A stretch of DNA of 64,000 bases from Octopus sinensis (GCF_006345805.1 NC_043003.1:48918001-48982000); one strand, 5' to 3'. Positions 38,786 through 52,010 are shown, counted from the first letter of the stretch. Made by a program: numbers and translations. Notes: generated from the letters alone by a model not told the origin.

Positions 38786-39239
38786 TTCTGCTAATTGAGA
38801 TAAACATATAGTGTAGCCACTTTGTTTCCCTTTCACAGCGTGGCTAAATCAAATGCCTACTAAAGGCTTACGTTTCATTTAAAATGATATAGACACCAAA
38901 AAAGATTCACAAAGAAGTATATCCAAACACATTAAATATCCGAAGATGACATTGTTATGGCACTGTGGCAAGATAGTAGCATGATAGTCATAACCAAATC
39001 AACTCTACCTTATCGACAGAGATAGGTGGTTATCATCATTTTCATCATACGGATACAGCAAACAACCCAAACAGTTTATCCTGTGAAAGTAGTTGACCAA
39101 TGGTTTGACTGAAGAAATTTCTAGGCTGCTCACAAAGGAATATTACTTTTACAATATCCAGGAGCGATTAGAAAGACTGCAGGTTATAAAACCTGACTAG
39201 CGACTAAGTTCAAATAAATATCTGAATAAACTCTACTCC

Positions 39240-39480
39240 ACGTATTGGCTTAGTGGTTAGAGTGTTGGACTCATCATCGTAAGATTGTGGGTTCGATTCC
39301 TGGACCGGGTGATGCATTGTGTTCTTGAGTGAAACATTTCATTTTACGTCGCTCCAGTCCACTTACCTGGCAAAAATGGGTAATCTTGCGACGGACCCGT
39401 CCAGGGAGGAATATATACGTCAGAAAAACCGTGAAACCGGCCCTGTGCTCCTTACGGAGTCATGTGGATTAACCCCACGC
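39240..39480 (+). mobile_element. SINE family C
   Basis: GGCTTAGTGGTTAGAG...GGGTTCGATTCC...GCTCCAGTCCAC...GAAACCGGCCC. Confidence 0.8.
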
Positions 39481-39946
39481 ATTAAGGAATGGTACGAACG
39501 AGATTCGGTTGTTTATTTATTGATGGTCAACTAACCAAATAACGGCTCTGTCATTAACTCCTGTAGGAAATGCTGTCTCATAAAGCTATGGAGTGGATCA
39601 AAAGTGGGTGAAAGGAAAAGAAGAAACAAAGTCATAGCCAGGATAGAACTCAAATGTCTGCAGTTGATGGAGGGCATTGTGAGAAAAAGAAAGAAAAAAA
39701 AAGAGAAGCAAGTAAGCTACAGAGGTAGAAGAAACTCGCTGCCTGATGTTACGTTGGAGTTAAGCAGATATCAATAACCCATATACACGCACACTTGAAA
39801 TGGCCTAAAGTAATATTAAAAACCACAAATGAAATAAACTACTACACAAAAAGCCATAATAAAAAAATAAAATAACTAAAAGAACATGAGACCAACCAAT
39901 AAGAGGTATGAAAAAAATAAACACACTCACACCGATGAGTATCAGG

Positions 39947-39989
39947 TCTCGCTTGATGAACGCTGTGGCATGAAACTAGAGTTGCGAGA
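39947..39989 (+). ncRNA. Minimal type I hammerhead-like motif (U3 variant, partly decayed)
   Basis: TCTCGC TTGATGA ACGC TGTG GCAT GAA ACTAGAGT T GCGAGA: 6-bp helix I, helix II with one mismatch, near-palindromic helix III. Confidence 0.55.
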
Positions 39990-40172
39990 AAGGAACTCAA
40001 TTTAAGTAAAACATATTCTCTGAATCATGTATTGAGTACTGCTTTCTTTATCTGTCGATGAACAATAAATTTCGAAAAATTCTCATACACGGACACACGT
40101 GTATTAAAAAGAAAATGAATCTATGGACGTATGCACACACACAGACACAGACACAGACACACGTACACACAC

Positions 40173-40229
<57 letters not shown>

Positions 40230-41542
40230 TACGTGTGTGTATGTGCGAATACAAAAATTCAATTTAAAAGAAATTGTGTGTATATGTGTGTGTCAGAAAC
40301 TTATCACTTGTTCTTCGGCCTTTAGTGCAATTCTGCTGTTGTTAAGCAAACCCCAGAATGCAGAACAAAAACAGAAAAAAAAAATAGGGTAAATAGGAAG
40401 TGATCTTTAAAATCTCTGGACGAAGTAGTTCAGAATATATCTTTAACTTTCATCATAGTTTACGATATTTATTTATTTATTTATTATGGTAAAAAGCCTT
40501 GAGGAAATCTCGCTGTTTAACCACATTATCCCAGGACGTTAATGCTTTTCCTATTTGGTATCAGAATATAGCTTTGTAGTGGTGGTAGTAGGGAAAATAA
40601 ACGAGACAGTAAGACGCCAGACCAAATTTATTGTAAAATATTTTCTGCTATCTCATTTGCTTCTGATTTGAAGTGTCAGCGGTGTCAAATTTTCCCTTTT
40701 ACTAAGAAAATAGAATTAGTTAATTCGTTTGATCTATTGTGTGTTAGGTAAACTTTTTTTTCGTTCGCTTAACGTCTAATCTACGCTGCTGGATGGTTAA
40801 GCCCGGATTTCGATATAGATTCATACAGTCTGACTGAGGGTGTGCATGTAGTCATGACTAAGCAAAATATACATGCTAGAAATAACAGCCAAATATCACT
40901 CAAACCTCAACCTACTCTCTTAGGCAGTAGGTAAAAACAAAAACAAATACAATATAAATTTGATATCAATAATCAAATACATACTGTTCATTTTGCATAC
41001 GTATGCATATATAGGTTTATGAATGTACAAATATATGCCTCTGCATTTGGTCATTTTTCCGATTTATGTGGATGTATGAGTGTGTATGTATATGTGTGTG
41101 CGCGTGCCTGTCCATATGTATGGAAAGGGATCTTTGCACCAATCTATTGTTTAATATATTGCGACGTATTTCTGGAAAAAGTAAAAGAAGTTGAGACGAT
41201 TGTGACTTAAATTGTGCTCTTTATAGCTCACAGCGATCATGGCTTATTTGCGGATAAGCAAGAACAACAGGATCCACAGGTCTAGCAACGAAATACGAAA
41301 CCATAACTGCTAATCCTGTATTTTATAATGAACTGAAATGTGAATTTACCTATAATCATAACATTGTAGCAAAATCCTTGGTGTTTTTTTTTTATGGAAT
41401 TTTTTTCTGTAGAAAGAAAACTTCATCCTATATTAGTAGTAGACTTATTACTACTCGCTATAGGGACTGGTAACCACTATAACATGTAGTGGAGAACAGT
41501 CAACACGTTGTGCTGAGGCTGACCAAAGAATTTTATTTTTAG

Positions 41543-41603
41543 ATATATCTGGGGTACTTATATGTGCTCATGATTTTTGCTTCGGCTTTTTCCATGGGCG
41601 CAT
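41543..41603 (+). CDS. Candidate 61-nt internal host exon, possibly a transmembrane helix
   Basis: TTTTATTTTTAG acceptor and GTAAGT donor; frame 0 reads IYLGYLYVLMIFASAFSMGA; no homology recognised. Confidence 0.35.
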
Positions 41604-41965
41604 GTAAGTATCTTATTTATATCCTTTCGTATGTTCTACTGAGGAGGAAAGAATCTTTTATGAGATCAATTCCGAAATTGATTCAATATAGAAATAACGA
41701 ACTTTTTAAAAAAATTCTAACGGCCGGCTTGCCCGATTACAGTTCTTCGAGTTTTTTTTTCTGTAGCGGGTAAATAATGTGTGGAAATTGACGATGTAAT
41801 AGTCTATTATCAGCATATTGGCATTGAAATAATTTTCTTTAGTCCTCACGTATAAGTTGTTTATAATTTTAACCGTAAAGGTATTTTAATATGCTGCCAC
41901 ATTTTTTGATGGAATTTTTTTCTGTAGAAAGAAAACTTCATCCTATATTAGTAGTAGTAGTAGTA

Positions 41966-42005
<40 letters not shown>

Positions 42006-42057
42006 ACACACACACACACACACCACACACACACACACACACACCACACACACAAAT

Positions 42058-42106
<49 letters not shown>

Positions 42107-42170
42107 ATATATTAACACACACACACACAACACACACACACACACACACACCACACACACACACACAAAT

Positions 42171-42240
<70 letters not shown>

Positions 42241-42358
42241 AATATATATATGTATATGTATAGATATTTTTTCTTTATATAGCGTAGCAGCAACAACAAA
42301 GTATTGATATTGATACATGGTATATATGTATATGTATATGTATATATGTATATATATA

Positions 42359-42406
<48 letters not shown>

Positions 42407-42859
42407 TCACGCAAATGTATATGTATATATGTGTGTGTGTGTTATTTTTCTCTATATAACACAGTGTTTTTAACATTAAAAAGAAATATTTTTTCTTATA
42501 ATTTCCTGTTAGGTTTTAATAAAACTGTGAAGTACAACCATTGATCATCAAAGATATTCTACTTAACCCAGCAATCTTTCGCATTTTCTTGTCTATGTAA
42601 ATTCATTCAAATATTGTGTCAAGATGATAGATCAATGAGCTCAGTCATAACAGCTGTGTAGACTCCTTTCAGTCATAGCATAACATCCATTTCTCGTTAT
42701 GCGTTATGCTTTTGAACGTGTGTGGGCGTGTGTGTATTTATGTTTGTCTGTCTGTCTGTATTCTCTGCCTATCTGTCTGTCTGTCTGTCTGTCTCTGTCT
42801 CTCCCTCTCTCTCTATATATATATACTTACATGCATACATATATACGTAGGTGTGTGAG

Positions 42860-43060
42860 TGTGGAGGAGCGTGGCTTACTGGTTAGGAGTGTTGCTTTTA
42901 TGATCGTAAGAATGTGGGTTCCATTCTTGTGCTGGTCGAGGCATTTTATTCTTGAGCTAAACACTTCATTTTACGTTATGCTATTCCACTCAGCTGATAA
43001 AATTGAGTGACCCAGCGACGGATTGGGGAACCGGCTTTATAAGCCTACAGCTGGAGAAGG
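42860..43060 (+). mobile_element. SINE family C, diverged
   Basis: GTGGAGGAGCGTGGCTTACTGGTTAG...TTCTTGAGCTAAACACTTCATTT. Confidence 0.7.
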
Positions 43061-43084
43061 ACTTCGGCCCTTTTTCGATATAGC

Positions 43085-43790
43085 TATATGCATGCGTAGG
43101 CGTGGCTGTGTGGTTAAGAAGTTTGCTTCCCAACCACATAATTCTAGGTTCAGTCCCATTGCGCAGCACCTTGGGTGAGTGTTTCCTAGTATAGCCTCGG
43201 GCCCACCAAAGCCTTGTGAGTGGATTTGGTAAACGGAAATGAAAGACGCCGTCGTGTGTATATATATATATATTTTTTTTATTATTGCCCACAAGGGGCT
43301 AAACATAGAGGGGACAAACAAGGACAGACGAAGGGATTAAATCGATTACATCGACCCCAGCGCGTAACTGGTACTTAATTTATCGACCCCGAAAGGATGA
43401 AAGGTAAAGTCGACCTCGCCGGAATTTGAAATCACAATGTAACGGCAGACGAAATACGGCTACGCATTTCGCCCGGCATGCAAACGTTTCTGCCAGCTCG
43501 CCGCCTTATTTATATGTGTGTATATATATATATATGTCATATATATATATATGTCATATATGTGTGTGTGTGTGTATGTGTCTTTGTGTCTGTGTTTATG
43601 CCCCACCACCGCTTGACAACTGGTGTTGGTGTGTTTACGTCCCTGTAACTTAGCGGTTCGTCACAAGACACCGACTGAACAAGTATCAGGCTTTAAAAAC
43701 AAGTACTGGGGTCGATACATTCGACTAAAAATATCCTTCAAGGCGTTGCCCCTGCATGGCCGCTGTCTGATAACTGAAACAAGTAAATAT
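43085..43790 (+). mobile_element. SINE family A with a family B copy (about 43270-43510, minus strand) nested in its internal microsatellite
   Basis: A head about 43085-43260, reversed B unit, (TA)/(TG) tract, A tail about 43600-43790. Confidence 0.85.
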
Positions 43791-44633
43791 ATATATATAT
43801 ATATATATAATATATCAATTTAAATAATTTGGGAAAAACGAATTTCCAAATCAATCAGGGATCAATCAGGTACAACCCTTTAGCATTACATACTTCTGCA
43901 TATTATACAGTGGGGTCTTGATTATCATGTATTTATATATTTATCTAGAAATATACAAAATATATAATAGAAATCAATAATAATTCTGTTTTGGGGATTA
44001 ATAGATATGCGGGTAATACTGAACCCCGCCCCTTAAATCTAATAACCAGACACTTTTGATTTCTACAATACTTGAAAAATTATATAAATCTTAAATAAAT
44101 AAATTAATAAATTAAATATTACTAAAAATTATATTATAACAAATTATATATATCCCCAACATAGTTAGATGGAAGATAATAATAGAAGATAATTTAAATT
44201 AACTCTGCATAGTAGAATTACTCCTCTTTGCACTAATCATCTATAAATTCCCATATTGCTCTGCTATCTTCCCTTTCTCTAATCGCCATTTTGAAAGTCA
44301 TCTTGGTTCCATCAAAAGAGGATGTGTATCTGCATTTTTTATGTTATTTTTCACATTTAATTACAGACATTTTTATTCTGATGTATATTTTATAACTTAT
44401 AATTTGTATTTGACATTATGTACTTGACTTTGTAAGTTTGATATATGTATACTAATTCATATTTATAATGCATAATTTATAATTTTTAATTCTTAATGTT
44501 ATAAAGTATAATTTTAAATTTTTAATGTTTGATTTGATGTGTAGTTAAACGCTTAATTTTAAGGTGATGTAAAATTAGATTAACAATATTTTGAAAAAGA
44601 ACCTGATGTGTTTGTAGAATTGTAAATCTGATG

Positions 44634-44676
<43 letters not shown>

Positions 44677-45051
44677 ACCTGTGTCCATTATAACCTTTGA
44701 ACAGGGGAGGTCAGCCGCTGTATTCCACTGATTTTAGGTAAATAAACCTTCGAACAGACGGTCAGTAGCGAAGCCTGCTGGGTTCGGCTACTCTACATTG
44801 ATAAGGGCCAAATACACTGAAACTAGTCTGTAGATGCCGGACCAGCAAAGGAAAGCCGCTGACACAGGTGACAATGGACACAGGTTCGTGTGTCACATAG
44901 CTAGCTAGAGGCGATGGCCCCTTGGAGCTAATCAACGGCAGCATTCGTCCTATTTTTCTAGACTGCCACGTTAGCTTGGCGATAACTATTAATATCCAGT
45001 ACCGCTGCCGTAGTCCTTTAGAGAGACTTAGAAATAATAATATATATATAC

Positions 45052-45088
<37 letters not shown>

Positions 45089-45113
45089 CGTGTGTGTGTG
45101 CCTGTGTGTGTGC

Positions 45114-45157
<44 letters not shown>

Positions 45158-45521
45158 ATATATATATATGTATATATATACAAGGATATCCAGAGGTAAT
45201 GCAGTACGATCGTTTCATGCGACTCCAGTTACAACTATGATGTTATTGATGAAACATGTTCTTTGTCTAGCTACTTATCCTATTTGTGATTTTGGTTAAT
45301 AGAATAGCTATACAAATGAATCCTTTGAATTTAACTAAATTCTATATTTTTATGCAGCTGAAGATTGCTCTACATTTTAAAACTGATGTAATATTTGCAT
45401 TGTTCAATTAAATGAAACGATCATATTGCATTACCTCTGGATATATTTGTTGCTTATTTTGATTGTAATCACTCCATTTTGAATTATGAGTTATTGAAGT
45501 ATGAGTTATTCTGCAGATTGA

Positions 45522-46897
45522 CTGCAGAATAACTCATACTTCCCTTATCATAAACCTTCTACTAATCTTAAGTATATCAGCATTTTCAGTAATCATGCCA
45601 AGCCAATTACCGATAATTTAGTTAAAAACATTTCTCTGAGACTGTCAAAATTATCTGCTAATGTCGACATCTTTAACCAAAAAGCGGAATTCTATTAGAC
45701 CGCCTTCTCAAGAGCCGGTTATAAGGAAAAAGTATCATACATCGACCCAGCTCATTCTAACCCAACATATGCTTCTCAAGATAAGAAAACCACTCGTAAT
45801 AAAAATAATGATTTCAATTCTAATAGTGCCAGCACCCCTGTACATAAGGTAAATCCTTTACGGACTAGGGGAGGTAAGCGCCACCCAACTCCAAATTTCC
45901 AACACAGAAATTTTCCCCTTACTGTCACAAATAACACTAGGAACAATTCAAAGTCTACAAAAAACTGTATCTGGTTTGTAATACCTTTCGGAAAACAAAT
46001 CAAATCGAACCTTCCCTTACAGTTCCGTGAAGCCATTGCTAGGAACTTTCCCAGTAATTCTAGATATCATTCTATTATCAATTCACACAAGGTAAGAATA
46101 GCATTCTCTAACACTAAGAATCTTTCGCAAATTATTGCTTCCCATAATAACAAGCTGCTAAACAAAGATTCTTCACCCGGGGGTTCCAACACTAATCTTA
46201 CTAATTCCAACCCATCATACAATCATAATAATAGAAATAGTATTGATAGTAACAGCATTCGTAGCAGCGTTAGTGTTAGCAATGATAATATTAATAATAG
46301 TATTAGTCGGGTTGATAACAACGGGAATGTTGATGGTAACAACAACAACGGTACTATTGTCGGGGATATAGCTGGTTGTAGTGCAATTAATAATAATAAT
46401 AATAATAGAAATAGTGTAGTTGTTAACGCTAGTAGTAATAAAAACAACAATCATAACAATAAAAACTCCGTTTCGATCTCGGAGGAGAACCCTAACAGAT
46501 TAAAATTTTTGTCCAGTAATTCCAAAATTAAGAATTCCATTTCCAAGTGTAGAATTTCTTCCGGTGCCGATGTCTTCTACTATATAGGTGCGACAACTTC
46601 TCAGTTATCCAAGAGAATTTCTAATCATTATTCGACTTTCCGAGATAAGAAAAACGACATAGTACAGGACTGAGTAAATTAGTTTGGCGTCTTAAAGACA
46701 ACAATATAACTTTCAAGTTGGATTGGTTTATATTGTCTGTATCCTTTCCTTTTGATAAGGGCAGAAAATTTTGTAACATTTGTAATTCTGAACTCTTCTA
46801 TATCCTTTTCGCCAAGGTTCCCCTAGTAAACACACTCATAGAAAAATCGTACAAATATAAGCATTGGCAAAAACACACTTACCACTCATATAAATAA
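45522..46897 (+). pseudogene. Penelope-like element (Neptune-like) ORF remnant: RT thumb, linker, GIY-YIG endonuclease
   Basis: LQNNSYFPYHKPSTNLKYISIFSNH...RLSKLSANVDIFNQKAEFY*TAFSRAGY...CIWFVIPFG...NFP...KVRIAFSNTKNLSQIIASHNNKLL [Asn-rich] ...YYIGAT...KRISNH...GLSKLVWRLK...CNICNSE...; only one stop (45696) and one 1-nt frameshift (about 46650); stop 46895-46897. Confidence 0.9.
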
Positions 46898-47414
46898 TAT
46901 AGATAACCACTTTAGTTTTAACAATTAGCTTCACGTCCACACCACTACCATAGACAAATTCTTTCCTATGCCTTCGAACTTTCTGCTCCGTTATATGTTC
47001 CATTGCTACTAAATTTCTTTGACGTATGTTTATATATATCTCTCTCTCCCTCTCTATAACACGCACGATCAAACACACAAATTTTACACCTTACTACTAA
47101 GTATATTTGACGTTTGTCTCCCTCACACACACAATAACACATACACACACACAGACACAAATGCAGTTATATACACACACTCATACACATACACAAACAC
47201 TCGCACTCATTAACACAAGCACACACCCGCATATCCCCATACATACAGCATACATATTGTCTCCTACCTATTTTTACTACTCCCTCCTTCTACCCATTTT
47301 TGACGTCATTGCTTATAACGGATTATTTTAGAAAAACACTCATTATCACTGTGGTCACCATGTAGGCAATCATCAAAAATTTTGTTCGTCTTGTGGCTGA
47401 AAGAGGCTCCTTAT

Positions 47415-47497
47415 CTTTCCTGATGAGAAGATGGCATAATGCACCATTTATTCCTTCGGAATTAAAAGTATGCCGTCTTCGAAACATGTGTCGAGAG
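47415..47497 (+). ncRNA. Intact type I hammerhead ribozyme in the PLE 3' region
   Basis: CTTTC CTGATGA GAAGATGGCATA...TATGCCGTCTTC GAAA C ATGT G TC GAGAG: canonical core, 12-bp helix II closed by G-C, GUC site at 47490-47492. Confidence 0.85.
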
Positions 47498-47691
47498 TAA
47501 AGGAATTTTGTTAAAATCTTCGTTCGACTCCATTCTTTCATTTATTCATATAAATAACACACAAATTTCCACACAAGAACCCGGAGTTTCTACCCTTGAC
47601 AGGTCGCTTTAACCGTGTTTTCTGACGTGAATTTGCTACCCAGGTATCGGTTAAACGAATTTTCCATGCTAGGATAATTCATTCACCTACT

Positions 47692-47774
<83 letters not shown>

Positions 47775-48109
47775 TGTATGTGTGTGTGTGTGTGTATGGT
47801 TGTGTGTGTGTGTGTGTGTGTGTTGTGTGTGTGTGTGTGTGTGTGTGCGTGTGTGTGTACAAATATTATAATCTTTCAATACTGAAATACGTGTAGTTCC
47901 TTCATAATTGATAATTTTAATTTTAACTTAAGTAGGAGATAATTAAGGAAGTATATTTTATACCCTGCTGGTTATCCTGATTATATCCTTTAAAGTATTA
48001 TTTCGTGATGTGCAAATAGATAGCACGAGTTTACCTTCAGATATACTCATTAGGTTTTTTTTTGTATTATCTGAAATAGAATACCCGCATATTTATTAAG
48101 CCTCAAAAG

Positions 48110-48166
<57 letters not shown>

Positions 48167-48371
48167 CAGGGTGGCTCAAAAGTAGGTTTACAGTTATTCT
48201 CTTTCGCATTCTTATATTAACAGTTTAGATCTTAATTATTAAAAAATATGAAACCATTGTTCTATGCTAATTTAGTTAATTGTAAGATAGAAATTTAAAT
48301 GTAATAAAATATTTTAAAAGAAATTTAAAGTGCCTACGTGATACCTGTAAACCTACTTTTGGGCCGCCATG
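48167..48371. mobile_element. Tc1/mariner-type MITE
   Basis: TA|CAGGGTGGCTCAAAAGTAGGTTTACAG ... CTGTAAACCTACTTTTGGGCCGCCATG; 27-bp TIRs. Confidence 0.8.
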
Positions 48372-48384
48372 ATAGATCGTTAGC

Positions 48385-48580
48385 TCCTACACGCATTTTT
48401 TCTCTCCTTGTTTCTAACCTTGTTTTTTTCTGTGTATCTTTCTGTCGAAGAGCGTAGGCTCGAAACGTAAAAGACTTGTTTTATTTCTATTCCTGAGCGC
48501 CATACTATTACAATTGTTTGTTTGTACTCCACCTGCCTTCGTCTTTTGTTTATTTTCGTAAACCTTCCCGTTATATATAT
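48385..48580 (+). mobile_element. Family D copy 3 with minimal hammerhead at 48437-48474
   Basis: TCTTT CTGTCGA A GAGC GTAG GCTC GAA ACGT A AAAGA: perfect helices, core CTGTCGA. Confidence 0.7.
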
Positions 48581-48583
48581 ATA

Positions 48584-48925
48584 CAGTGATACCTCGCAGT
48601 ACGAGTTTAATTCGTTCCATGGCCGAGCTCGTCTTACGAGTTACTCGTTTTACAAATCAATTTTCCCCATTGAAAGTAATTAAAATATAATCAATCCGTT
48701 CCAGCCCCGCAAAATCACTCAAAAATAATCTTTTATGGGTTTTAAAACAGAAAAGTAAAATGACAATTATGAAAAAGTGAATGCATAAGAAATATGTAAA
48801 CTGGTTTTATTAACTGAATTATCTTAAAGATGGGACGATTTGTGTGCTAGTACTGCGGATTTCCGCTCATACTTCAGGACGAAAATACCCACCAGCCTCA
48901 GCTCGTACAGCAAATTACTGCACTA
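48584..48925. mobile_element. pogo/Tigger-like MITE
   Basis: TA|CAGTGATACCTCG...CCCCATTGAAAGTAAT...AATCCGTTCCAG left end; right TIR only weakly recognisable. Confidence 0.6.
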
Positions 48926-49611
48926 TATGAGTGGACAAGCGTAAGAATGAAACACTCAACACATTTAGTAGCAGTTATACATATAATTTAAAGCAGTTTT
49001 ATTCGACTCGTGCGTCATAAAGTTTCGTAGGTTTCACACAGAAGCCTCTCTCGTCGAGTTAAGTTAGCCGAATGGAGAGATGCACGCCGAATTTACGTTT
49101 TGTTTTCAAATTTTGTTAAGGTCGATTTTGCCTTTCCTCCTTCCGGGGTCAATAAAACAAGTACTAGTCGTGCACTGGGGTCCATAGATTGATTAGTAGA
49201 TAGATAGAAACAGACACACAGGCATGTAATCGACTTACACCCTCCCTCAACGTTTCATCCCTTGTGCCTGTAGTAGAAAGGATTACTTATAGCTTTAATC
49301 TACTTCGATCGTCACTCCATATCGCTCGAAATTTCTTAAAAAAGGTATGGGAAAACGGTAAAGGGGATATCCTTAAAATATCAAGGAATAAGTAAGGAGG
49401 AAGATGGAGGAAAACGCAAAGTTAACAGAAGATCGGAAAAGATGGGTTGAGGTGGGGATAGTTTGTCACTTTCAGGGAACTTACGATTTCACAAGACTGG
49501 GTGTTTTATTGATAATTGTTTAAGTACACTTACCCTTATTCCTATCTAATCAGTCTGTCGATCTATCTGTTTGTTCGTCCGCTTGTCTGTCTATCTATCT
49601 ACCTGCCTATC

Positions 49612-49835
49612 GAGCTGGCAGAACCGTTAGCACGCCGGGCAAAATGCGTAGTCGTATTTCGTCTGCCATTACGTTCTGAGTTCAAATTCGCCGAGGTCGA
49701 CTTTGCCTTTCATCCTTTCGGAGTCGATAAATAAAGTACCAGTTTCGCACTGGGGTCGATGTAATCGACTTAATCCGTTTGTCTGTCCTTGTTTGTCCCC
49801 TCTGTGTTTAGCCCCTTGTGGGCAGTAAAGAAATA
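49612..49835 (+). mobile_element. SINE family B, near consensus
   Basis: CGAGCTGGCAGAACCGTTAGCACGCCGGGC...AGCCCCTTGTGGGCAGTAAAGAAATA. Confidence 0.9.
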
Positions 49836-49999
49836 TATCTACCTGCCTATCTATCGATTTATCTGTCTGCTTCTCTCCCTCTCTCTATCTGTCTATTTAT
49901 CGATCCGTTTATTTTGCCTTTCTCTCTGTCTGTCTTGTATAGCTATCTGCTTATATATCGAACTGTCCGTTTCTCTGTTTGTATCTATCTGTGAAGACG

Positions 50000-50305
50000 C
50001 CTGACTTCTTGGTTAGGGCATTCGGCTCCCGATCGTAACGTCGTGAGTTCCATTCCCAGCTTCGCGCTGTGTCTTTAACCAAGACACTTTATTTCGCCTT
50101 GTCCAGTCCACACAGCTGGCAAAAATATGCTACTCCTGCATTTCCAAGGACCAGCTTTGTCACATACTAGGTCATGTCGAATCTCCCTGAGATCGACGTT
50201 AGCGGTACACATGTCTGTGGAGTGCTCAACCACTTGCACGTTAATTTCCCGAGCAAGCTGTTCTGTTGACTGAATCAGCTGGAACACTCGTCGTCGTAAT
50301 CGACA
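50000..50305 (+). mobile_element. Long SINE family C variant
   Basis: Homolog of 38455-38785. Confidence 0.75.
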
Positions 50306-50341
50306 GTGCCAGTTGCCTGTCTCTCTCTCCTTATCTCTCTC

Positions 50342-50426
<85 letters not shown>

Positions 50427-50428
50427 AT

Positions 50429-50805
50429 ATTGACCGAGGTTACCGTGGTCTTTTTCGTAGGCTTTTCTTCCCACTGATAAACCTTACTTGCTTTCCCCTT
50501 TACACCATATATCATAACACTGTGATACACGATCCCTATTGATCGTTCTTTTTCCTCTTCCCCTTTTTTTCCCCCTTTTTTCTTTTTTCATTTCTCTTTT
50601 CTTTTGTTCCTTTTCCTTTTCTTCTTTTTTTATTTTTATTTTATTTTTTTCCTTTATTTTTTATTTTTTTGTTCTTTTCTTCCCTTTTACGATCCCTCTT
50701 AATCGAAAACCTACACCAGCCCTTTTTTTTGTTTCTTTTGTTTTTTGTTTTTTTCATCCCCCAAAAGAAAAGCATCTGTGTGCAGCCCTGTGTGGCCAAT
50801 AAAGA

Positions 50806-50808
<3 letters not shown>
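50429..50808 (+). mobile_element. L1/Tx1-like 3'-UTR module, copy 2
   Basis: Same start and same AATAAAGAAAC end as 4837-5134; lies between (CTAT)n and (CT)n. Confidence 0.65.
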
Positions 50809-50861
<53 letters not shown>

Positions 50862-51039
50862 AATGAATAAATGAATGAATAAATAAATAAATGAATAAAT
50901 CCCTCTAGATCTGTGTGTATTCTTATTCAAGAAGTTGTGTATGAGTGAACGAATATATTGGTGATTTCTGTATGTTATCTTAGAGTATTATCTCTAACTG
51001 AATTTATCCTAACATGCAACTAGACATGGCAAGTGTTGT

Positions 51040-51391
51040 AATACACAAACACTCACTCACACACATACACACACACATAAATACACATTATCGTACACAC
51101 ACGCACGCACGCACACACACATTCACGTACTATATGTGTTTGTGTGTGTAAGTATATACGTGTAGTGCGTGTATATACATACATACATACACACACACAC
51201 ACATACATATATATATGTATATATATGTATGTACATATATAATATATATATATATATATAATATATATATATCTATATACACATATATATGTGTATGGAT
51301 ATATATGTGCTTGAATATATTTATGTATACATATATATGTATCTTCGTATGCATGTATAAATGTATATAAACGTATATGTATGTATATAGG

Positions 51392-51437
<46 letters not shown>

Positions 51438-51518
51438 TGTATGTAAATATATATGTACCCCTCCCTCTCTATCTGTCTATCTCCCACTACCTCTTTCTCT
51501 CTCCCTATCTATACACCC

Positions 51519-51606
<88 letters not shown>

Positions 51607-51623
51607 GTCTATCTGTCTATCTG

Positions 51624-51654
<31 letters not shown>

Positions 51655-51738
51655 GTCTATCTGTCTATCTATCTATCTATCTATCTATCTACCTATCTAC
51701 CTACTACTATCTACTATCTATCTATCTATCTATCTATC

Positions 51739-51769
<31 letters not shown>

Positions 51770-51843
51770 CTCCTATCTATCTGTCTATCTATCTATCTAT
51801 CTATCTATCATCTATCTATTCTACCTATCTACCTATCTATCTG

Positions 51844-51889
<46 letters not shown>

Positions 51890-51921
51890 ATCTATCTATC
51901 TAAACCTATCTAATCTATCTA

Positions 51922-51965
<44 letters not shown>

Positions 51966-51971
51966 CTATGC

Positions 51972-52010
<39 letters not shown>
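51040..52010. repeat. Compound microsatellite block ((CA)n, (TA)n, long (TCTA)n)
   Basis: Directly visible; source of the SIYL-repeat ORFs. Confidence 0.95.

Noticed and set aside
46215-46454. Hydrophobic minus-strand ORFs (poly-I, poly-L)
   Set aside because: Antisense readings of the Asn-rich insert of the Penelope-like ORF.
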